Positions 37,701 through 49,700 of a DNA stretch of 64,000 bases are shown here, piece after piece. The notes below the pieces were generated by a model that saw only the letters and a program-made list of their open reading frames with translations, had not been told where the DNA came from and made no database searches. A program made the position numbers and the translations under genes. The stretch is from assembly GCF_964355755.1 (NCBI RefSeq), contig NC_092673.1:4526001-4590000 (forward strand), given 5' to 3'. The stretch's first letter is position 1, and each line of letters begins with the position of its first letter. The DNA is from Antedon mediterranea. Lineage: Eukaryota; Animalia; Echinodermata.

Positions 37701-40700
37701 AGCGGCTGAAAAAGCGGCTGATCTCGTCCCCCTGGAAGAACAAGACACCGTTCGCTGTAAAATTGTAGCTATTGTAAAATCTACCACTCTACCACCTTCA
37801 AATTTAACCCCCAAAGAACGAAAGGCCATAAACAACTTGAAGAAAGATAAATCTATTCTTATTCTCCCAGCGGATAAAGGTAGATCTACTGTCATCCTAA
37901 ATACTAATGATTACAAAGATAAAGTGGGAACCATGGTGAGCGACACTAATGTTTACGAACTGCTAAAACGTAATCCAACACAAAACTATAAACGAAAAGT
38001 GGTCAACATCATAGGCAGGTTGTTCAAAGAAAAGAAAATCAACTACAGAGAGAAAGAATGGCTGTTTCCCACGGCTGAAATTGTACCTAGGTTGTATTGT
38101 CTTCCGAAGATACATAAACCAAATTGGCCATTAAGACCTATAGTAGATAACATCAACACCGTTTTTTACACCGTTGCACAATTCCTCACCAAAATCCTGG
38201 GTCCGCTTGTCGGAAACACAGAACATCATGTAACTTACTCAGGAGAGTTGGCGAGTGAACTAAAAGAAATAATAGTCAAACCAAGTGAAACATTTGTCTC
38301 GTTTGACGTAGTATCTCTGTTTACAAAAACACCAGTAGAAGAGGCCCTCAAAGTTGTCGAAAATCGCCTAACAACAGATCCGACACTTCTGGATAGAACT
38401 AAACTACATGTGACAGACATAATGGAGCTCCTCGGTTTAATTGTGAACAAAACCTATTTCTCGTTCAATGGTAACATTTATAGGCAAATACAAGGCATTG
38501 CTATGGGAAGCCCAATAAGTCCTATATTGGCGAACTTGTATCTAGAGTGGCTCGAACATCAAGCCATAAACACGGCACCCACTAACATCAAGCCTGTGTA
38601 TTGGAAACGATACGTTGATGATGTATTAGCTATCATCCCCATAGGTACAGTACATACATTTAACACACATCTTAATAACATCGATATAACTGACAATATC
38701 AAGTTCACCACAGAATCGATGACAAACAACACAATACCTTTCCTGGACATGCTCATCACACTCAATGACAATGGAACAGTTACCACCTCAGTCTATCGGA
38801 AGCCCACTCACACAGACCAATATTTACATTTCAACTCACATCATCCACTCGAACACAAACTGGGGCTTATAAACACGCTTGTGGACAGAGCTGAGAAGGT
38901 AGTGGGAGATATGGATTTGAGGAAAGTTGAGATGGATAACATCAAGAAAGCGTTACACAACTGCCAGTATCCAGAGTGGTCCTTCCAGAGAGTTATGGAA
39001 AACCGAAAAAGAAAAAAGAACAAAGGACACGAACCACAGAAGGAAAAGATCAAGATGCGAGGTAGCATAGGAATCCCCTATGTAAAAGGAATGGCAGAAA
39101 GAATACGACGCACTCTCTCCTATCACAATGTCGGAACCTATTTCCTACCCCAAAATAAAATCAAGAATAGCCTCGTCCACCCAAAAGATAAAATCGAGAA
39201 GATGGATACATGTGGAGTAATCTACGAAGTCACCTGCCGCAACTGTCCACAAGTTTACATTGGGGAAACAGGGAGGGCATTACAAACACGAATTAATGAT
39301 CACAAAAAAGATGTTACAACAAACACGGGGGGAGTAATGACTAGGGCCTCCAGAACATCCACATCTTCGATCATACACAAATCTGCCATTACAGAACATG
39401 TCATAAAACACAATCATGTACCGAACTGGGAGGCTACCATCTTAACCAAAGAGCCTAAACGCAAAGACAGACAGATTAGAGAATCATTACATATAAGGAG
39501 AAATAAAGAGAAGACCATGAACCGGGACACTGGAGCCCACGAACTCTCGCATTTGTACAATGATTTGATAGACACATCACCTGGCCGAGCCCCGCACAAC
39601 CTCCAACCTACAACCGGAGGCGTACAACGTCATCAACAGATGACGTCAAGAATGACCAAGCTGCATTAACACTCCGCAGTCAGTTGAGAAGGATCTCTGA
39701 TAGAGATCGAAACGTTCGAGTAAGTACTCCGTTAACTTGTGCTTTTACAAAAACGAAATTTGTCATCTATACAAAATCGAAGCTAAATGAAATTCTTTCA
39801 AGATAAAGATGATAATAAAGTTTCTATATTATCCTTCTGCAATCATCATTATTGTCATTATACTCATGCCAAAGAATATGAAGGAACAGAATATTACCAT
39901 TGTGATATAACATTTTACAAGTAGAAAAAGTAGTACATATTATTGTATTGAATTACCTGAATTATCTGAATTATGAGCTTTGAGAAAGCCTTTAGTGAAA
40001 AAGTTTCAAAGCTACAAATCTCGTTTCTATGGTTACCACCAGGTAGGCTTACTTCATCAAGGCTTCTATGAATGGATGACGAGTTGGGAGCAGAAAAGCT
40101 AGTAGACCATACCCAGTACCGTTTTGATTACGATCAATCGGGAAATTACCTCATAGTGCAGGTTAAAAATGTAGCGACTGTACCGTTTTAAGATCACACC
40201 TTCATGACCCAACAAATCATTGAGAGGTGGTCCATTTGTAGGTGTGTACAGTGTGAACAGGCGTTAGCAGTAGTTTTTTTAATATTTCCCCTTATTCTGT
40301 AGAAGTGTCCCCTTAGTAAGGTATCCTAAACGAGGAGTTCCATTGTATTTCAACTTATGAGGCCATATTATACATTTATTCTAATCTTTAAATTAAATAT
40401 TAGGGTTTTGTTTATTTATCTTCAGGTTCAGAATAACTTATCTGAAAGTTCAGATGGTCTTTGTACTCTAGTGAATGCGTTGAGAAGTCTTGGTAAAGAA
40501 GCTATGACCATTGCTGGATCTCTTACAGGTACGATCTTTCTTTCTGTAATGTATTTCTTAGGATTTTAGGTATTGTAGATATTGTAATACTTTTTAAAAT
40601 ACACTTTTCAATTCTATTTTTATTTGGATTATGTATTACAGGTTTTTTAAAACATTACAATGTAATAACAATGTTCACCCTAATATTCAGTGGCGTAACG

Positions 40701-43700
40701 TACAGACCTGGTTTAGAAACCCTAAGTGGCACTCCACATCCAATGCTCGAGGTTGGGCGTTTATAGCCTTTTTCGACCCCCATAAGCTCCGGGACTCTGC
40801 TAATATTGTAATTCTTTAACGGGTGTTAGGATTATATTAAGTTTTTTTATGCAAAAACCCTGACAATATTTGTACAGGAAGAACTCCAGAGAAGAAGAAA
40901 AAGGACACAAAACCAGTAGAGGAGGATGAAGGTTTGTTGAAATACCACATAGTCTTGCTGTGATGATCACATTATTAATCTGTGGAAGCTATTTCTAACA
41001 ATAACATTCTTTAGTTTTGTTATATATACTTTATTTGCAGTGCTTAAGACTCATATGCAACCAAGATCATATATATTTTATAATATTGCAATGACAGGGC
41101 TGTTGAGAGAAATCAGTGTTTGCGGTTTATGTTGTCAGCTGTGAATCCAAGATTTTAAATATAAGGAGGGGGAAGACAGGGCCTAAAAATTATAAAATGA
41201 AGTGTGAAACTAAACCTAATTTCTTATCCCATTTTAATTTTTAAGTGAGGGGAATGGCTGACTGGATCTGTGTGTGGTATTGTTTGAAGTGAGAATAAGA
41301 ATGCCCTATTATTATTATTTTATTTATTTTCAGTTGTTTGTGATTCACATATATAAGTTATACATGCATGATGCATGGTTTGTTACTAATACTAAATCTA
41401 CTATTATAAAATATACTATTCTTACTTTCATGCTGCCAAAAATATCAATTTAATATGAATTCATGATATTAATAATTTTAAAAAAGCATTATTTAAAGAA
41501 TGCAAAATATAAAACATTTTAAAAGTAAATGTAAAAACTAATTTAGTTGTATCAAATATTTTTTTTGTGCAAATTTTTGTTTTTAAAATCAAAACACATT
41601 ACCGGTAGTACTATTTTTTGTGCTATACAATTATTTTGCATTAAAAATAAATTAACAGAAGTTCGAATATCATAATGAGATGCACTATGTAGAAAAAAAA
41701 AACTAATTTGGTTAAAGACACCTTCCCTATGTTTTTTAGATCTATTTTAAGATCACAAACTATATTTAATCTAAAAATAATACTATATGGTCCTATTGCG
41801 ATAACTTTTTTCGTCTTTAAATGGTTAAAAATGTGAAAAATAAGTCGATTCTAATAATTATAGCGGCCCGCTATAAATCCCAAAATGCATTGCGCGCGGA
41901 TTGATATTTCTGTTTTTCTTCTGTAATTCACCAACTTTTCGATCGATCGTGCGACCAAAACAAATGGAAGACTCCTAACTTTTCAGCGAAAATACCGGGT
42001 TTTCCCCAATTTGTATCAACGGAGACTGGCAAAAATAGAAAGAAAATTAATGCAGTAACTATACAACGTCAGGCTAGGTATATAGCTCGCGTACGATGTT
42101 CGTACGTTACCGATGTTTACCAGCTAGGCCTACAAAACTAAGCCTAGCTAGACTAGGCCTAAAGACCGTCCACGAGAGGTCAGTCGCCGCGAGCTACCTA
42201 GGTAAAGTGCATTGTTTCTCACTTTTTATCATAATTTACCATAAAACGTACATTTAAGACAAGGAATGACCTGGTTTAATGTTTTCAAAGTAATATAATG
42301 TATTATTTTTACAAAACGTCACAAATTGTAGGGAAGGTGTCTTTAAATAATATTAATTACCCTTCTACTTGTTTAAAATATTTAATCAAAATAATGAAAG
42401 TTTTTTTTTTGCAATAAGGTTGTAAAAAGATTTTCACTAACCTATAATAATATGCAATTAGTAATTTATGCAATTAGTAATATACAATATAAATAATATT
42501 GAATTGAATGCGTAATACCATGGATGGTGTAATATTATACACATCATGGTACTACTACTTAGTACAGTATGTTCTTGCATGAGTGTCCTTGTCAACGAGT
42601 GTGCGTGATCGTAAAAAGTGCGATGTAAAGTGCGTTGACTTGCATGGTGATATTTTGAATGATGCATGTTTCATTTTGATATGAAAGAATTTTAATATGA
42701 CAATTTTGAAATGCAAAACAGTTTAAAAGAGTATTGAACTCTGTCACAATGCTATGAAACTTGTATCTACATTGTACTATTGAAAAAAATGAATATTATT
42801 AATGACACCCCTAAAAATAATGGAAGCTTCTAATGTAAATACTCCGAGTAGGGTAAAACATTTAGTCTGATAGGTTATTCTATTAGAATATAAGGGTTTT
42901 GTTTATGAATAATGGATTCATTGTATAATAACCAACAGAAGAGGATGCGAATTGGAAATTTACAGCAATAGTTATTATTTTCTGTCCTAAAAAGCTGTTA
43001 ATTGTGGAAAAATTTATTGATTTTTGGTGAAAAATTCATCTGATACATTAGAATGGTTTATTATGTTGATTGGATTATACCATTATATATCATTGTAGAG
43101 ATTTGGTAGTGTTCATAACATTGTTGATACTACTGTAACTCTATGTTTAAGAATAGCAAGGGAAATGTGTTCTTTATTTTAGATGAGAATAAGGAAATTT
43201 ATTAGGAACTTATGATTTTGGAAAACTGCGATAATAATATATTAAAAAGTCAACAATTATTTCATAAAAAATTAAAATAATGCATTAAGTGCATTCAAAT
43301 TATATTTTATTATTAAACAAACAATAATTAATTTTAAGGTTAATAATGCATTATATAATGGGCAGTGAAACGTGATATAACTAATAATTTTTGCTCTAGA
43401 TCAAAACGGCCCTTAGGGTATGATTTCAAAACACCTTTACCTGATTGTTTATGCTCCGTAAAGCCTTGATTAGGTGCATGCAGTGATGTAGTCATGGTAA
43501 TAGTGTTATAGTAAAGTGGATTTCCCTTAAGTCTATCAAATATGCACTTTCTCTGGCTTATTCACCTCTCGGTGACCCCAGGATATCGCCTGTGGCCTTT
43601 GATTGGCAGTGACTTGTACCAAGCCACTTATTCATCGAGTCATATCATAGGTATAATACATAATGGTACATTCCAAGTATTGTTAATGTTTGTAGGTTTT

Positions 43701-46700
43701 TAATTTATATTCAAGTTCAAGTTCCCTGTTGGATTAGTGGTATAACCCTGAAGTAGAGCAACCATTTCAGACAACATTGAATGACATAATAGCTACAATT
43801 ATTAATTTAGTTTTAGTATATTGAATTGACTGTTTGAACTGTAGTTGCTGTTATAATTGTTTTCATTCATTGAAAAAATTAATTTCTAATATGTATCTAA
43901 ATATTAGGTAAATATGATATTATGATTATTCCACTGGTTCGAGTTGAGGATGGGCTTGTTCCTGAACATAATTTGTGAACAAATCTATTTCAGTGTCTAT
44001 TTGTCAGTAAAGAAATACCACTCATATCCCAGGGTGGGCTTATTAATTATACCATAAATAGGTTTTATCTTTATATATAAATTATACTGTCAAATTATTG
44101 AAACAGTGCTTATTTTCGGAACATGATGTCATAATTGCATCGAGAATAGCTCATTGGCAAAGTTCCGTATGTTTAGTTGTATGAAAAAATGTCTCTGGCG
44201 TGATTATATGTTTATACTTATGTCAGTATGATTACTTTTTTTAGGAGATGAGTGTTAAAATCTAATTTATATAAAAAAATTAAAGGTAAGATAAAACAGT
44301 GTTTATTTAGGTACCAAGAGGTTTTTTTAGGTGGTTGCGGTTGATTGAAATTGGGCTGGGAGGAAGGCCTTGTCATAAGCTATAGGATGGGTGGAAGCTT
44401 TAGAAGGTGGGTCTACCTCCCTACTGCACCCAATAATTACATACATCAATATTAATGTTCTTAACTTCATGTCAGTACAATCACCCCAATCTCAGATTTA
44501 ATAGTATTTTTATAGCATCACAAAATGATATTGAAACCATAATAAATATAAAATACTGATTTATTATACCATACAATGTATTATTATAGGCAATATAAAA
44601 CTATGTATTTAGAAAAATAGTGGTAGTTGTAATGATAGAGCAGCACCCGCATATACATTGACGATTTCCCAGGGTCCTGTTATGGTATTATATTGAATAT
44701 CAATAACCTACTGTTGTTTAGAAATAGAACGTGACCTTGATAAAATAGGCTTGCAAAATAATTAAATAACTATTAACTGGAAATGCAGACAGAGCATAAG
44801 AATGAAGAGAGATGTTGTTGGTTAGTGACCTTTGATTTTGTCATTTGATTACCAGGTTTGACCTCATTAACACTTCAAGTTCATTCAGTCATATGAAAAT
44901 ATGATTTCTCCTACTGTTCAGCAATTATAGTGTTCATTCCTCCTCCTGGTTTGATCCCTGCTTTCTGTGACCTTCACTGCTATCAAATATTGGCTTTCTG
45001 TAACATATGTTATGTTTTCTTACATCACTGCTCATACAATGATGTACTTGTAGAGTAAGCTTTGTGTGGTTATAATGTAATAATGTCAATCAGTCCAAGG
45101 TCTCTACTCTAAGCGCTTCATATTATTACCCCGGTCATTGGATCTAACATGTATAGAACAGCTCCTGTAATGTTGCAGCTAGTAATCAGAGCAGTGGTGT
45201 TTTGACCTATACCAGCACTACCCATTTGTACACCTGGGTGGAGAGAGGGAAATATATATAAAGTGTCTTGCTTAAGGACACAAGCAATGCGACAAGCGTT
45301 GGTCTCGAACCTTTAATCCCACAATGCAATAAATATAAAGTGAAGTTCAGAAAATCTCAAGATTTTCGGTTGTTAAATGTTAAGGGTCTTCTGGAGTCTA
45401 TAAACAATGAAAATATTGTTTGAATATTGTTATCTTCTACATAATATATCTGAAATCAAATACTATCACTCCTCTATGCTGTGACAATGTATGTTGTCTT
45501 CCATGTTGGTCTTAATTGACAATAGTTATATTTTAGTTTCTATTATTTAAATCAAGCCTTCTGTAGATTATTCATAAATTTTTTTTCTTAAATATAATGA
45601 GATTACCATTATATTTTCATATAAAACTGGGCTTTTGTACTTTTAGGTCTGTTGATGAAAAGGCCAACGGTAACAATTATCACATTATAATGTTGATTGA
45701 TTTAAAGACTCGATACCATATGTGTTTTAAATGCTTTGAAATGAACGGCAATGCATTGTAGCAACAGGTTACAATGCATGCTGAAATGTACTATCTAAAT
45801 CTAGACACGGTTCAACCACCTCAACAACCACCTTATTTTTTGCTAAGAACAACCAAAATTACATTAGGGTGATACTATTCAAGTATAAAAAAGGACCAAA
45901 AATTAATTCCATTAAATCCATTGTTACACAATAATCGTGGGGGGGATTGTGACCATTTATTACACAATGTTGTTATATATAATATTCACTGCATGTTATG
46001 TATAAGCCAAATATATTAGACAAAAGTGCTCAATACAAATGCACAGTTTGTATGACTGTATAAGTTAAAAACATTTATTAGATTTTTTGGGGGATTTAAA
46101 TTTAAAACACGATATTTCAACAGAACCATAAACTCTTTTTTTTTTTTTTATTACCATCGTGAACATATTCCTCAAGCAATTTAGTCTTTTAAAAGGTCAC
46201 TACACAATCATCATAAATATGTAATTTATTCGTATTTTACTCTATAGAATCGAATTAGCTCAATTATCGAGGTTTTACAATGACAGTGATAATTATAGGA
46301 CTACGTGAATACATTGATGAGAGTATTCAACTCTTTCGTTTATTATTGTAGAGGTTAACAACCTATTACAATGAATTCTAATGGTTGTTCACTCTTTGGC
46401 GGTCATTGAAACTACATGAACTATGCAAGCATATAGGATAAAGACATTGGCAGTAGGGAAGCGGCCGCCCATCAGGTTGTCCGTGATCACCACTTGAAAT
46501 ACACTCCCTACAGTAGACTATCTCTAGGCAATGGGTAACCCAGACATGGCACTTTGATGCCAGACTCACTCACTTTATCCTAGGGGAGCTAACTCATTCT
46601 TCTCAATCAACACAAGTTAGTATATAATTACACATTCCCTGTTTTGCATAATAGAACAAGCCGATATGATATCAAGCTGATACAAATTGGACTGTTCCAT

Positions 46701-49700
46701 TTTTATTAAAGTGGTGTATGATATGATTATGGTAGATATATTTATAAGCTGAATGTGAAAAACTTACCTTTTAGAGAATAGTCCATGCAGTAGACAGTTG
46801 TGGTTGTGTTTATTTGATTATCGTTTGAAGTGCGAACAAGTAGGTTGCAATCAGGACATTTCTGACAATCAAAAAGTTTAAAACAATATTTATAAAGCAA
46901 ATAAACTTTGTTGTGGTCATGTTTATAATTTCAGGATATATATAGTTACACACGGCATTGACTACAAACAACACAATAAATACAGAACATCTGGTTATGT
47001 AATATAATAGACATTTATTTATGTATATTAGTTATAGGAATTAATGTAAAATAATGTCATTGTTCATTCAATGGTATTACAGACATAATTTTGTGCATGG
47101 CATAAAACATTTTTAGTATATTTTTAGTCGTTTGTTGACCCTCTTTGTGGACCCTCATCAATCAAATTTAATTCATTTATTTTTCTTATATCAAGCACTA
47201 TTTACATAGAACCAACAGTTATTATATGAATTAATATATTATTATTAATTGTAAAATGTATATTCCATTTACTGTAAATCTTGTAATAGTAACCCCCCTT
47301 CTAATAGTAACCCACCCTAAAAAACAGTCAAAGAATAAATAACTCGGGGTTACGATTTTACGGTATAGATATTTTCCTATTTATGGCATTTTTCTTGTCA
47401 TTGAAAAAAAGAAACATAGAATTTTATTGGAGAGCATTCTTATTTAGACACATGTTTGTGTTGTTTTTTCATTAGTATTATAATGGAAAATAATAATAAT
47501 GGATATAATAACTATTATGGAAATTTTATCCTTGTATGAAATTTATTCATTTATACATCACGGTTGAGTTTGAGGCAGGGTAATCCAAGTTCAAAAAGCT
47601 ATTAGCAAGGAGTAAAATAATAATTAATATTAGTTGCCGCATTCAGGCCTAATGATTAATGCAAATTGAGTTTAAAAGTGCAGCCAGTGGCATTAGAATT
47701 GATCAGATTAATTAAAGTCTTATTATTGTTACAAAGCTTGAGAGGTTTTAAAGTAGACTTTAGGTCAACGAAGTAGGTTTAAGGTCGTTGATGCGGCTTT
47801 TAGGTCATGCAGTTCAGCTTTAGGGTCTTAGTCGCTGGCTGCGTTGCTCCTCTCCTCCTCAACCGTGGTGGAGTGAGGTCAGACTGCTCTCAGTCACTGC
47901 ATCTTTAACCTTCTGTTTCAGTGACTACTCTCTCCTAACCTTTCTTCATCTGAGTTCGTTTAGATCAATTCAGTTCATTTATAGGTCATTTAGTTCAGCC
48001 ACAGCACTTTCATCTTCACCTGTAAAATACAAATACTCATTTTTATTACAGAAGGTTAATGACATAAAGCTTTTGCACTAATAATAAATATTCCATACAA
48101 TTAAATGTATATATGCACTTACCATAGTTTTAAAATTACATTTTTTGAATTGATTAATACTGTATAGAGAAAAATCAATAATTGGTACTTTTGTATATTA
48201 ATACTAAAGAACCTTGGCTTCTTTTTGTTGTATTTTTTAGTTCAATTTACCTTTTTATAAAGTGCGTTTCCCTTGTATATATTATACAACAACATCATTA
48301 TTAGAAGGCTATCATAATTCCAATTGTGAACTCTCATATTAAGAATAGTTCTTCCTATGGTATATCAAAAAGTACATAAGAAGGATGAAAAGGTTAATAA
48401 TCTTAATATTTATTGTTCCTGTATTGGCATCATTAAAAAAAAGAAATAATATTAATACCGCCAAATACAAGATACTTCCTTATTGTAAAGCTCTGTCTAC
48501 ACTATCACACTAATTTGACAGAAAAAGTTTTATGTGCCCAAATATGGTAGTTATATGCTTAAATATGGTATCACTAGTAGTGATATGACATCATCATGTC
48601 CACATCACATTTTTGTCTCATTGTTTGATAGTGTAGACAGAGCTTAATTAAAGTTAAGACTAGAATTATCCTTTTCCAAATGCTCAAACATCTTCCGTAT
48701 TACAGTACACAGATACTGAATATGCCTCTCTCAATAAATATTTTTAGGATTAAGCCCTGTCTGTCTAAAAATATGATGTGCCCATATATGGACATGATGA
48801 TGTCATATCATACCATATTTGAGCATATCACTACCATATTTGGGCACATTTTGGGCACTAGTTTGATAGTGTAGTGTAGACAGAGCTTTATATTGACTGC
48901 AATATTTTGAAATACCATGGAGTACCATTGACATATATACAATACAATACAGTACAATCTCTTTGTAATTGCTTCATTAGTACTTTTTTTTAGAGTTATA
49001 TCTATTAAAAAATAGTGCAGTATATTATTGCCAATCCACGAGGCATCATAAATGTTTAATTTAGGATGTGTGAATTTAGTACAACTTGTTAACATTGTGA
49101 AAGTCAATTAAAAGTGTAATACACTTTTGGACTATTCCATTCTGTCTTAAAGTCTTAATGAATTATTTTTCAAGATGAAATTTGATTATAATGGAAGATT
49201 CCAATTTAATTCTGTCTGGTTGGTATTAAAACTCGGCCTGCTGTCAATCAAACTTGATATACATTAATGGAATATTCCAGTTAATGTTCTTTCTATTATA
49301 TTTTGTTTATAGACAGATTTAAATGCTCTTTAGTAACAATGTCGATTAGTTCTAAAAATGTTTTGGTGTTAAATAGAAATAATTAGATTTTAAATTTTTC
49401 TAACAATTTGAAAATGGAAGATTCCAATTTTCCTTTTGCCTTCTGAAAAAGGCAATCATTATATTTGATAAAATTATAGTGGAAGATTCCAATTTAGTTT
49501 TAGTTGAGATCATTTACACTGTATCAGTGTGGTGCATATCATCATCGTCTCTACATTCTATAGCATCTTAATTCATTATAACATTGTTTAAAAAAACTTT
49601 GAGAACTGGTATGATCAAATTTTGTTTTGAATATACAATTTTTCTTATTTGTTAAGTTATATAGTAAATGTCCCTTTAATTCACAACATTTTTCGTTTTA

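Larger units (their letters stand above)
36956..39802 (+). mobile_element. Penelope-like retroelement, 5'-truncated, with inverted pLTR copy, in a DCTN1 intron
   Basis: 36956-37585 is the reverse complement of 39141-39770 (630 bp). A 32-nt tail follows at 39771-39802. Direct repeat ATAAAGATGATA at 36947-36958 and 39803-39814. Confidence 0.93.

Noticed and set aside
45647-45669. 23-nt candidate DCTN1 exon (TTTTAG/GTCTG...CAACG/GTAAC)
   Set aside because: Would shift the frame between the flanking phase-1 exons; unsupported unless it is a poison exon.
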